Positions 25,093 through 33,420 of a stretch of 39,128 bases of DNA are shown here, piece after piece (position 1 is the stretch's first letter; each line of letters begins with the position of its first letter). Source of the stretch: an uncultured Lachnospiraceae bacterium (lineage in GTDB: Bacteria; Bacillota; Clostridia; Oscillospirales; CAG-272); assembly GCA_964579105.1 (NCBI GenBank), contig CAZOFQ010000003.1, forward strand, positions 1 through 39,128. Reading direction: 5' to 3'. The notes under the pieces were generated by a model. The model ran no database searches, was not told where the DNA came from, and was given only the letters and a program-made list of their open reading frames with translations. Position numbers and translations under genes: made by a program.

Positions 25093-25128
25093 AAGCCTGA
25101 ATCGTGATAGGAAAGGAGGAAATGCGAT

Positions 25129-25572
25129 ATGCTATTCGGTGAATACAGTCCCGCAATAGATTCTCAATACCGTATTTCTATTCCTGCAAAATTCCGTAAC
25201 GAGCTGGGGGAGCAGTTCATTATTGTTCGTCACTTGAAGACCGCTTGCCTTCGTATCTATTCTCAAGCCGCGTGGGATGCATACATTGCTTCCCTTAAGG
25301 GACAGCTACAGCGCGGCGCATTTGAAAAGGTGCTGTACGCCTACTATCGCAAGGCGGTACAAGCAGTACCCGATTCCCTGGGGCGTGTTCGCGTTCCCAA
25401 GGAGCTTTGGGAAAGCATCGGCTTGGAATTCGGTGAACAGGGGAACAAGGAAGTCATGATCGTCGGCTGTGGCGAATTTGGCGAAATTTGGTCTAAAACC
25501 GCTTTGGATTCCTTTGATGCTGAGCTGGATCTGGACAAGCTGTCCGATGAAATTGAAAGGTGTGCCATTTAA
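25129..25572 (+). CDS. mraZ: division/cell wall cluster transcriptional regulator MraZ
   Basis: 147 aa. Two SpoVT/AbrB-like halves (RISIPAKFR... and RVRVPKELW...). AAAGGAGGA RBS. First gene of the dcw cluster. Confidence 0.92.
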   Translation: MLFGEYSPAIDSQYRISIPAKFRNELGEQFIIVRHLKTACLRIYSQAAWDAYIASLKGQLQRGAFEKVLYAYYRKAVQAVPDSLGRVRVPKELWESIGLEFGEQGNKEVMIVGCGEFGEIWSKTALDSFDAELDLDKLSDEIERCAI

Positions 25573-26507
25573 TGGGGAGCTTTTCGCACCGATCGGTGCT
25601 GTTGGAGGAATCCGTTGCTGCGCTTGCCATTAAATCCGACGGAATCTACGTTGACGGAACGGCGGGCGGCGGAGGTCACTCGTTTGCAATCGCCTCCGAG
25701 CTGAAAAACGGACGATTGATTGCCATAGACCAGGATGAAGCGGCAATTGCCGCCGCCACCGCGCGTCTTTCGCCATATGGCAGCAAGGTGCAGATCGTTA
25801 GAAGCAATTTCTCCAACCTTGGAGAGGTTCTGGATCTGTGCGGTGTAGAAAAAATTGACGGGCTGTTGCTTGATCTTGGCGTTTCATCTTATCAATTGGA
25901 TGAGGCGGAGCGCGGATTCGCCTATCAAAGCGATGCACCGCTTGATATGCGAATGGATCGGCGCCGCGAAAAGACCGCGCGCGACGTTGTAAACACCTAT
26001 TCCGAAGAAGAGCTAAAGCATATTTTGTTTACTTACGGCGAGGAGCGATATTCCGCAAGAATTGCCGCAAGAATTGTGAGCGAACGGGAAAAAGCGCCAA
26101 TAGAGACAACACTTCAGCTTGCTCAATTGATCAAAAGCGCCATTCCCGCTGCTGCAAGAGAAGGGGGACATCACCCTGCCAAGCGTTCCTTTCAAGCGAT
26201 CCGTATTGAGGTGAACGCAGAGCTGGACGTGATCCTTCCCGCCATTGAAGCTGCCGTTTCTCGTCTGAATTCGGGGGGCAGAATCGCCATTATTACCTTC
26301 CATTCGTTGGAGGACAGACTTGTAAAGCAAGCCTTTACGCGACTTGCAACGGGCTGCACTTGTCCTAAAAGCCTGCCGATCTGCGTATGCGGCAAAAAAC
26401 CTTTGGTTAAGGTGATCAGCAGAAAGCCGATTCTTCCAAGCGAGGCAGAGCTTTCTGAAAATCCACGTTCTCGTAGCGCAAAATTGCGCATAGCGGAAAA
26501 GATTTAA
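25572..26507 (+). CDS. rsmH: 16S rRNA (cytosine1402-N4)-methyltransferase
   Basis: HRSVLLEE, VDGTAGGGGHS, LLDLGVSS.QLD, FHSLEDR and NPRSRSAKLR are all RsmH hallmarks. ATG 25572 overlaps the mraZ TAA by 1 nt (TAATG). Confidence 0.92.
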   Translation: MGSFSHRSVLLEESVAALAIKSDGIYVDGTAGGGGHSFAIASELKNGRLIAIDQDEAAIAAATARLSPYGSKVQIVRSNFSNLGEVLDLCGVEKIDGLLLDLGVSSYQLDEAERGFAYQSDAPLDMRMDRRREKTARDVVNTYSEEELKHILFTYGEERYSARIAARIVSEREKAPIETTLQLAQLIKSAIPAAAREGGHHPAKRSFQAIRIEVNAELDVILPAIEAAVSRLNSGGRIAIITFHSLEDRLVKQAFTRLATGCTCPKSLPICVCGKKPLVKVISRKPILPSEAELSENPRSRSAKLRIAEKI

Positions 26508-26533
26508 GAGAAAAAAGAAAGGAGGCTGTGAGC

Positions 26534-27202
26534 ATGAGCTGCGAAATCTACGACAAAGAGTATTTCCATGATGATTACAGTCAACAATTCAGCGAAATGC
26601 GGGATCGTTATCACGCACGCACGCAGTCTGCCTTGAAGCGTCGCGCGGCTGACAAAAATCCCATGCCCAACGCAACCACCGTTGTTATGATGAAGGATAT
26701 GTCGGATGGCGGTGTGTGTGTTACAACGGGAGATTTTGTTTCTTATTTTAATGAAAAATACGGTCGGGATCGCATTGGCTCTGTGCGTCGATCACTGGTT
26801 CAAGCCCGCCAAAGAAGCGAGATGAAGCGTGCAACGCTGAGCGCCGACAAAAAGAGTGTCGAGCAAAAACAGAAAAAACGCTCCGAGAGGAAGAATTTTG
26901 CTCTTCGTTTCTCCTTTGCGCGTGTCGCCCTTTGCTTTATGCTACTTCTTTCCGTAACGATGCTGCTTGGCACCTCTTTGCTGCTGGACAACGAAAGGCA
27001 ACAGGTGGCTTCCTTGCGAAATGAAGTGGATCTGTTGGAAAGTGCCGTGCTTGGTGACGAGCCGCAGCCCGCGGAAAATGATTTCGCTCATTTGGAGGCA
27101 TTGAGCCTTAGTGAAGCAAACAGCGTAGAGATCTATACGCCTGAGGAGGAGTCGGCGATCTCTGTTCTTTTAAACGCGCTTTCCTCGCTTGGAAAAGAGT
27201 AA
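26534..27202 (+). CDS. bitopic protein in the FtsL position (FtsL-like: TM + short coiled coil) with long N-terminal cytoplasmic extension
   Basis: ATG 26534, 8 nt after GGAGG (26521-26525). Single TM span (ALCFMLLLSVTMLLGTSLLL) followed by the heptad-like QQVASLRNEVDLLES. The assignment rests on position after rsmH and on topology, not on sequence similarity. Confidence 0.55.
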   Translation: MSCEIYDKEYFHDDYSQQFSEMRDRYHARTQSALKRRAADKNPMPNATTVVMMKDMSDGGVCVTTGDFVSYFNEKYGRDRIGSVRRSLVQARQRSEMKRATLSADKKSVEQKQKKRSERKNFALRFSFARVALCFMLLLSVTMLLGTSLLLDNERQQVASLRNEVDLLESAVLGDEPQPAENDFAHLEALSLSEANSVEIYTPEEESAISVLLNALSSLGKE

Positions 27203-27252
27203 TATTTTTTATAAAAATAGAATAAGATTGGATGCGGCACAGCCGTGTCCAC

Positions 27253-27293
27253 AACGGTCTTTGTCCGTAACGGGCAAAGACCGTTATTTTTTT
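27253..27293 (+). terminator. intrinsic terminator inside the dcw cluster (between the ftsL-like gene and the PBP gene)
   Basis: AACGGTCTTTG (27253-27263) pairs with CAAAGACCGTT (27275-27285), 11-nt loop, then A plus 7 T (27287-27293). The PBP RBS (GGAGGAG) follows immediately. Confidence 0.7.
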
Positions 27294-27307
27294 CCTTGGA
27301 GGAGAAC

Positions 27308-29548
27308 ATGTCAAAAATTTCTCTCAGTACACGTATGTTGAAGCGCTCTGCTGTTGTTTTGATCGCTCTGCTCTTGATCTTGTGCATGCTTTTGATCCGA
27401 ATTTTTGCCATTCAGGTCTTCGACTTTGAACGTTATCAAAGAAAGGTTTTGGAGCAATTAACGACCGAATCTTCCGTGCGTGCCGCGCGGGGAGAGATTT
27501 TGGATGCCGCGGGACGCGTGTTGGCAACGAATAAAACGGTATACCGTGTTTCGCTTTTCCCCAATGTGATCGCGAATCACGAGGACGTTACAAAAATATC
27601 GGAGAATATCACTCAAGGGCTGTCTCAGCTGATTGCGAACGTGGAGGAGGAAGACGTAGTAAAGCATTTATCGTACACGAAGGATCTGGAACGGACCGTG
27701 GCGAAATCGGTGGATGCGGAAACAGCAAAAAAGGTGATAGGATTTATCAAACAGTATGATCTTTATGATATGGTGACCGTTGAAGCGGTTAATGCGAGAT
27801 ACTATCCTTATGAAACGCTTGCCGCGCACGTATTGGGCTTTACGGGAAGCGACGGTCAGGGACTTTATGGCTTGGAGCTGCAGTATAATACGCTGCTTTC
27901 GGGAACAAATGGCTCTTATATCACCGCCAGAGATTCCACGGGTAACGAAATGCCGAATTCTTACGAGGCCTACATTCCCGCGGTGGATGGAGGAACCTTG
28001 CACACAACGATCGACGCTTATGTTCAAGCCGTGTTGGAGGAGCAGCTGGAAACGGCAATGATTGAGTCGGGAGCTGCAAATCGAGCTTGCGGGATCGTGA
28101 TGGATGTAAACACGGGAGCGATCCTGGGCATGGCAACGGGGCCCTCGTTCAATCTGAACGATCCGTTTGAGCTTAACGAGATTTCAAAAATGAGACTTTC
28201 TTTAATGGGACTGGAGGAGGGGACGGAGGCGTATACTGCGGCAAAAAATCAACTTTTGCTGGAGACCTGGTCCAATAAAGCGGCTACTGAGATCTATATT
28301 CCGGGATCCACCTTCAAAACGCTGACTTGCTCTATGGTCCTGCAGGAAGAGGTGGTCACGGATTTGAAGGAGGCGTTTTTTTGTAGCGGCTCGCTGCAGG
28401 TGGCAGACCGTATTATCCACTGTCATAAAGCGGGCGGACATGGGAGCTTGACCTTTGAGCAGGGCTTGCAAAATTCCTGCAATCCCGTTATGATGACCAT
28501 TGCCGCGCGCTTGGGATGCGACACCTTTTACGATTACGTGCGCGCGTTTGGATTGTTGGAGAAAACGGGGATCGATCTACCGGGGGAGGGAAATTCCATC
28601 TTTCATGCGGAATCGAATTTTACGGAGCTTGATCTTGCCACGGCGTCTTTCGGTCAAAATTTTAAGGTTTCGGTATTACAACTGCTGACCGCGATCTCAG
28701 CTGTGGCAAACGGCGGAGAGCTGTTGACGCCGTATCTGGTGGAAAGTGTAACCGATGCGCAGGGAAATACGCTTTATCAGCATGAAACGCAGGTGCGTCG
28801 CGCCGTGATCAGTGAAGAAACGGCACGCACCGTTTCCGAGATTCTCGCGGGCGGTGTTGCGGGTGAGGGCGGCGCCAAAAACGCTTACGTGGCAGGGTAT
28901 CGTATTGCCGCAAAAACGGGGACCTCGGAAAAGATCGGTGATGACCGAGACGCGCGTATTTCCTCCTGTGTGGCATATGCCCCGGCGGATGCCCCCGAGA
29001 TTGCAGTGATCCTTGTTGTGGATGAGCCTACGGAAGGGATCAAATACGGTAGTGTGGTTGCAGCCCCCTATGTATCAAATATCATGGAAGCAATTTTGCC
29101 CTATTTGGGTGTAGAAGCCGTTTATACCGAGCAAGAGGAGAAGGGACTTTCGCTCAATGTGCCGAATTGCTTGGAATGGAGCAAGGAAGAAGCGCAGAGT
29201 ATACTGGCACAATCTGGATTTCAAGTTTCCTTTGTGGGAGAAGGCAATCAGGTTACGGCGCAAATGCCACAAGCGGGTGCAGTTGTTTTGCGGGAGGGTG
29301 CAAATATTGTACTTACGCTTGGGGAGGCGCAAACGCAACTGCTGGAAGTACCCGACGTGGTGGGATTGACTGCCGCCACGGCAAACAAGGTGTTGATAGA
29401 TGCAGGCTTTAACGTTACCGTACAGGGTGCAAAGGATTATTTGCTCAATAATAAAATCGTTTCCTCGCAATCTGTTACCGCGGGTACGCGGATGGCGCGA
29501 GGAACGGTCATTATATTACGCTTTTCGTATGACGAGATTGAGGAATAG
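27308..29548 (+). CDS. class B penicillin-binding protein / septal transpeptidase (FtsI-PBP2B-SpoVD family) with two C-terminal PASTA domains
   Basis: ATG 27308 after GGAGGAG. N-terminal TM anchor, dimerisation domain, STFK (SxxK), SCN (SxN), KTGTS (KTG). Two PASTA-like repeats: VPNCLEWSKEEAQSILAQSGF.. and VPDVVGLTAATANKVLIDAGF.. Confidence 0.9.
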   Translation: MSKISLSTRMLKRSAVVLIALLLILCMLLIRIFAIQVFDFERYQRKVLEQLTTESSVRAARGEILDAAGRVLATNKTVYRVSLFPNVIANHEDVTKISENITQGLSQLIANVEEEDVVKHLSYTKDLERTVAKSVDAETAKKVIGFIKQYDLYDMVTVEAVNARYYPYETLAAHVLGFTGSDGQGLYGLELQYNTLLSGTNGSYITARDSTGNEMPNSYEAYIPAVDGGTLHTTIDAYVQAVLEEQLETAMIESGAANRACGIVMDVNTGAILGMATGPSFNLNDPFELNEISKMRLSLMGLEEGTEAYTAAKNQLLLETWSNKAATEIYIPGSTFKTLTCSMVLQEEVVTDLKEAFFCSGSLQVADRIIHCHKAGGHGSLTFEQGLQNSCNPVMMTIAARLGCDTFYDYVRAFGLLEKTGIDLPGEGNSIFHAESNFTELDLATASFGQNFKVSVLQLLTAISAVANGGELLTPYLVESVTDAQGNTLYQHETQVRRAVISEETARTVSEILAGGVAGEGGAKNAYVAGYRIAAKTGTSEKIGDDRDARISSCVAYAPADAPEIAVILVVDEPTEGIKYGSVVAAPYVSNIMEAILPYLGVEAVYTEQEEKGLSLNVPNCLEWSKEEAQSILAQSGFQVSFVGEGNQVTAQMPQAGAVVLREGANIVLTLGEAQTQLLEVPDVVGLTAATANKVLIDAGFNVTVQGAKDYLLNNKIVSSQSVTAGTRMARGTVIILRFSYDEIEE

Positions 29549-29560
29549 GTGGTATATAAA

Positions 29561-31045
29561 ATGAATCTGTTGTATTTATTAAGAGAAGCGGGAGTGGACG
29601 CCTCGCATCTGAATTTTCACGAGCAAACGCGGACAACGGGTATTTCCTCGGATTCGCGTACGATCAAAGCGGGGGAGATTTACGTTGCATTGCAAGGATT
29701 GCATTATGACGGAAGCTGTTTTGTGGGGGAGGCATTGGAGCGCGGCGCACTTTTGGCAATCACACAGAGACCTATGGAGGGGGAGCGTATTTTAGTTGTG
29801 GAAAACACGCGTGCAACGCTTGCGGATCTTTGGGATGCATGGTACGCACATCCTGCAAGGGAGCTGTCTTTGATCGGCATTACGGGCACAAACGGTAAGA
29901 CTTCTACGGCTTTTATGCTGGATTGGATATTAAAAAAAGCAGGGTGCAAAACAGGATTGATCGGCACTGTAGAGTGCCGATGCTGTGATGAGGTTTTGTC
30001 TTCTCAAAATTCCAATGTATTGGCAAATATGACGACCCCGGACCCCGCAGAGCTTTATAAATTATTGGCTCAGATGCGCGACAGAGGGGCAAAATACGTT
30101 GTGATGGAAGTGACTTCGCATGCCATGAATTTTGAAAAGGTCCATCCGTTGCGTTTTTCGCGTGCTTTGTTTACCAATCTTACCACGGATCATCTGGACC
30201 TTCACGGCGATATGGAGGAATATTTTTATCAAAAAAGAAAGCTGTTTGAAAAATGCGACGCCGCAGTGATCTCCTTTTCCACTCCCTACGGGGAACGGAT
30301 CTCGGAGGGGTTGGAATGTTCTTTTTACGAAATATCCCCAAGAACGGTATGGGGTTTTGATAAAAATGATATGGATGGCGTGCGGTTTTCGCTACGTTTT
30401 CGAGAACCAAAGCCGCTTGATTTGGAGCTACCCGTTCCGGGGGCGTTTTCCGTTGAAAATGCCGCCCTGGCGGCAACGGCGGCACTTTCACTTGGCGTGG
30501 ACCGCAAAACGGTAAAGGAAGCGCTTGCAGCCTTTCCCGGGGTGCGCGGAAGAATGGAGCGCATCGGGGAAAATCCGCTTGGGATCCATGCTTTTATTGA
30601 TTATGCCCATACCCCGGATGCTTTGGAGAAGCTTTTACATACCGTGCGCGGATTTGTGAAAGAGGAGCAACGTATTCTGTTATTATTTGGATGTGGCGGT
30701 GACCGCGACCGCGGCAAACGGCGCGAAATGGGGCAGATCGCATCAAGGCTGGCTGATCTTTTGATCCTGACATCGGACAATTGCCGCAGCGAGCGGGCGG
30801 AATCCATTTTGGAAGACATTTTGCGAGGGGTGGATAAGGAAAAGCCGTATATTGTGATCAAGGATAGAAGGGCTGCAATCGAATATGCAATAGAAAACGC
30901 GATCGCGGGGGATGTGCTGCTGCTTGTAGGAAAGGGACACGAGGAGTATGAGATCAGAGGGGAGCAACGCTTGCCGTTTTCCGAACGGGAGATCGTTACG
31001 AATGCTTTGAAGCGTCGCGCGGCGGAGATGAGTGATGAGAGTTGA
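29561..31045 (+). CDS. murE: UDP-N-acetylmuramoyl-L-alanyl-D-glutamate--2,6-diaminopimelate ligase
   Basis: GITGTNGKTST P-loop, DYAHTPDAL, and GCGGDRD.GKR with the carbamylated-Lys context. The DNCR motif sits where E. coli MurE has DNPR. Start is ATG 29561 (AGGTGG 8 nt upstream) or GTG 29549. Confidence 0.9.
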   Translation: MNLLYLLREAGVDASHLNFHEQTRTTGISSDSRTIKAGEIYVALQGLHYDGSCFVGEALERGALLAITQRPMEGERILVVENTRATLADLWDAWYAHPARELSLIGITGTNGKTSTAFMLDWILKKAGCKTGLIGTVECRCCDEVLSSQNSNVLANMTTPDPAELYKLLAQMRDRGAKYVVMEVTSHAMNFEKVHPLRFSRALFTNLTTDHLDLHGDMEEYFYQKRKLFEKCDAAVISFSTPYGERISEGLECSFYEISPRTVWGFDKNDMDGVRFSLRFREPKPLDLELPVPGAFSVENAALAATAALSLGVDRKTVKEALAAFPGVRGRMERIGENPLGIHAFIDYAHTPDALEKLLHTVRGFVKEEQRILLLFGCGGDRDRGKRREMGQIASRLADLLILTSDNCRSERAESILEDILRGVDKEKPYIVIKDRRAAIEYAIENAIAGDVLLLVGKGHEEYEIRGEQRLPFSEREIVTNALKRRAAEMSDES

Positions 31046-32429
31046 GCTATGGGAGGGACTGCAGGAGCCTCGATTGCTGGCTGCGGCTTTTCGATGCGAA
31101 ATTGCCTCATGCGGAAAGGCACAAAGGATCAGCGGTGCTGCCACGGATTCACGCGAGGTGCAAAGCGGAGATCTGTTTATTGCCTTGCAGGGGGAGCATG
31201 CTGATGGGGAGCGCTATATATTACAGGCTTTAAATGCAGGGGCGTGCGCTGTTTTAACTAAGTCGAAGATCAAGCTTGAGGGACAAGGTGCATGGCACTT
31301 TGTTGCCGAGTCCCCCGAAGGATCGTTGCTGCGTGCGGCGACATTTCGACGTGCAAAAAGCAACGCGCGTGTGATTGCAGTTAGCGGCAGCACGGGTAAG
31401 ACAACGGTGAAGGAAGCAATTTCTGCCGTGCTTGGCAACGTACCGCACAGTGAGGGGAATTTTAACAGCGGCATTGGGATGCCGCTTTCCGTGCTTTCCT
31501 TTTCCGAAGCGGATTTTTGGGTGCTGGAGCTGGGCATCAATCATAAGGGAGAGATGCGGGAAATGGTATCCGCGCTCTCACCCGATATCGGGGTGCTTAC
31601 CAACGTTGGAACTGCTCATATCGGTCATTTTGGTGATTACAATACCTTACTTGCCGAAAAAGCAATGCTGGCAAAGGGTGTGTCGAAGGGCGGAGCCTTT
31701 GTTTTTCCCGACTCGTTGCCGTCTTTCCTTTTTGAAAGAGAAGGCTGCGACCTTTTTTGTGTGGGTGAGCGTGAAAATTCTACATTCCGCGCGGAAAATA
31801 TTGTTACGGGTAAAATGGGCACGAGATGCGATTTTCACGCTGCCGATCGGGTCATAACTAATTTAGAATGGCCTATCCCCGGGGATATCGGTGTTTCGGT
31901 GATCCTGCTTGCCGCGGCTGTTGGTGTTTTGGCGGGTCGAACCAATGAGCAGATACGAGACGGCTTGCGAAATGCAGCAAAACATACGCCGCGCCTGCGA
32001 AGGATCGAAGCGGGAGCACGGCTGCTGCTGGACGATTCTTATAATGCCTCTCCCGAATCAATGACGGCGGCGTTGCAGGTGCTTCGATATTTGAGCGAAA
32101 GCCGCCCGAGAGCTGCGGTGCTTGGGGATATGCTGGAGCTTGGGGAGCATGAGCGTGTGTTGCACGAAGCGGTAGGGCGATTTGTCGCGCAAATGGGCGT
32201 GGATCAGCTGTTTACCCTTGGTACGGCAAGCTTTTATATAGGAAAAAGTGCGTTGGATAACGGGATGCGCAATGAGTGCGTGTGGCACTTTTCGCAAAAC
32301 GAGGCGGAGGAGCTGATAAACGCCGTAAAAAAATACACGCCTTGCGATGCCGTGATATTGTTCAAGGGATCGCATAAAATGGGGCTTGAAAAAGTAGTAA
32401 AGAGGGTGGTGAAAACGAATGAATCATGA
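31035..32429 (+). CDS. murF: UDP-N-acetylmuramoyl-tripeptide--D-alanyl-D-alanine ligase
   Basis: VSGSTGKTT P-loop, LELGINHKGEM, DDSYNASPESM. Overlaps the murE 3' end by 11-14 nt (start ATG 31035 or GTG 31032). Confidence 0.9.
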   Translation: MRVELWEGLQEPRLLAAAFRCEIASCGKAQRISGAATDSREVQSGDLFIALQGEHADGERYILQALNAGACAVLTKSKIKLEGQGAWHFVAESPEGSLLRAATFRRAKSNARVIAVSGSTGKTTVKEAISAVLGNVPHSEGNFNSGIGMPLSVLSFSEADFWVLELGINHKGEMREMVSALSPDIGVLTNVGTAHIGHFGDYNTLLAEKAMLAKGVSKGGAFVFPDSLPSFLFEREGCDLFCVGERENSTFRAENIVTGKMGTRCDFHAADRVITNLEWPIPGDIGVSVILLAAAVGVLAGRTNEQIRDGLRNAAKHTPRLRRIEAGARLLLDDSYNASPESMTAALQVLRYLSESRPRAAVLGDMLELGEHERVLHEAVGRFVAQMGVDQLFTLGTASFYIGKSALDNGMRNECVWHFSQNEAEELINAVKKYTPCDAVILFKGSHKMGLEKVVKRVVKTNES

Positions 32430-33420
32430 ATTGCTGTGGGAAGCGGCGGTGCTTTTTTTGTGCGTTTTTTTGTTTACGGTGCTGATAGAAGCCCGTCTTG
32501 TGCCGTTTTTGCGCCGCCGTCGTGCGGGACAGCCGATATTGGAGATCGGTCCCTCGTGGCATTTGAGAAAGGCGGGTACGCCCACTCTTGGGGGGCTGGG
32601 GTTTATTTTGGCGATCGCTCTTGCACTGGCGCTCCTTACTCCGTGGTGGAGGCAACGAGGGAACCGTGAATGGCAAATGCTTTTGCTGTTGTTTTTATTT
32701 GCTTTTTGCTGTGGCTTGATTGGTTTTTTGGACGATTGGCGCAAGCTTTCCCGTCGGCAAAATGAGGGGCTCACCGCCGCACAGAAGTATTTTTTGCAGC
32801 TGGTCGTGTCAGGCGCTTTTTTACTTGCGGCAGAGCTTCTTTTCGGGCTTGAGCGCAGCATTGCTCTACCCTTTACCGCTATTCGATTAGAGCTTGGCAT
32901 TTTTTATTACCCCATGGCTTTGATCTATCTCACAGGGCTTGTGAATGCCCTTAATTTGACCGACGGCGTGGATGGACTTCTGTCCTGCGTCAGCGCGGTG
33001 CTTGGCGCGTTTTTGTTGATTTTCGGTATTTCCTTTTTGGAGCAGGGTGCACTGCTTGTAGGTGTCCTTCTGTTGGGCGCGTGCCTTGGGTTCTTGTGCT
33101 TCAATGCACATCCCGCGAAGGTTTTTATGGGGGATACGGGCTCGCTTTTCCTTGGTGCACTGGTGGCGGGATACGGTTTACTTTCTCCAACGCCGTTGGG
33201 TGTTTTGGCTGCGTGCGGCGTTTTTATCCTTGAAGCGCTGTCGGTGCTGTTACAGGTGCTTTATTTTAAAAAAACACATGGCAAAAGGCTGTTTCGCATG
33301 GCGCCCCTGCACCATCACTTTGAAAAAGGGGGATGGAGTGAAAACCGCGTGGTTGGCGTGTTTTCGTTAGCGGGCGCGGCGTTTGCGTTGCTGGCATTTT
33401 TAGGGGAGGTGTTGAGGTGA
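32419..33420 (+). CDS. mraY: phospho-N-acetylmuramoyl-pentapeptide transferase
   Basis: 333 aa, ~10 TM spans. KAGTPTLGGL, DDW.K, NLTDGVDGL, MGDTGSL.LG, APLHHHFE. Overlaps the murF stop by 11 nt. Confidence 0.93.
   Translation: MNHELLWEAAVLFLCVFLFTVLIEARLVPFLRRRRAGQPILEIGPSWHLRKAGTPTLGGLGFILAIALALALLTPWWRQRGNREWQMLLLLFLFAFCCGLIGFLDDWRKLSRRQNEGLTAAQKYFLQLVVSGAFLLAAELLFGLERSIALPFTAIRLELGIFYYPMALIYLTGLVNALNLTDGVDGLLSCVSAVLGAFLLIFGISFLEQGALLVGVLLLGACLGFLCFNAHPAKVFMGDTGSLFLGALVAGYGLLSPTPLGVLAACGVFILEALSVLLQVLYFKKTHGKRLFRMAPLHHHFEKGGWSENRVVGVFSLAGAAFALLAFLGEVLR

Noticed and set aside
27200-27228. A sigma-E-like promoter match upstream of the PBP gene, and possible sigma-K/E-like motifs upstream of the M14 peptidase (14470-14510).
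   Set aside because: The matches are partial (5/8 at -10) and lie in AT-rich DNA where chance hits are expected. I mention this only as a hypothesis inside the internal-terminator finding and do not annotate it as a feature.
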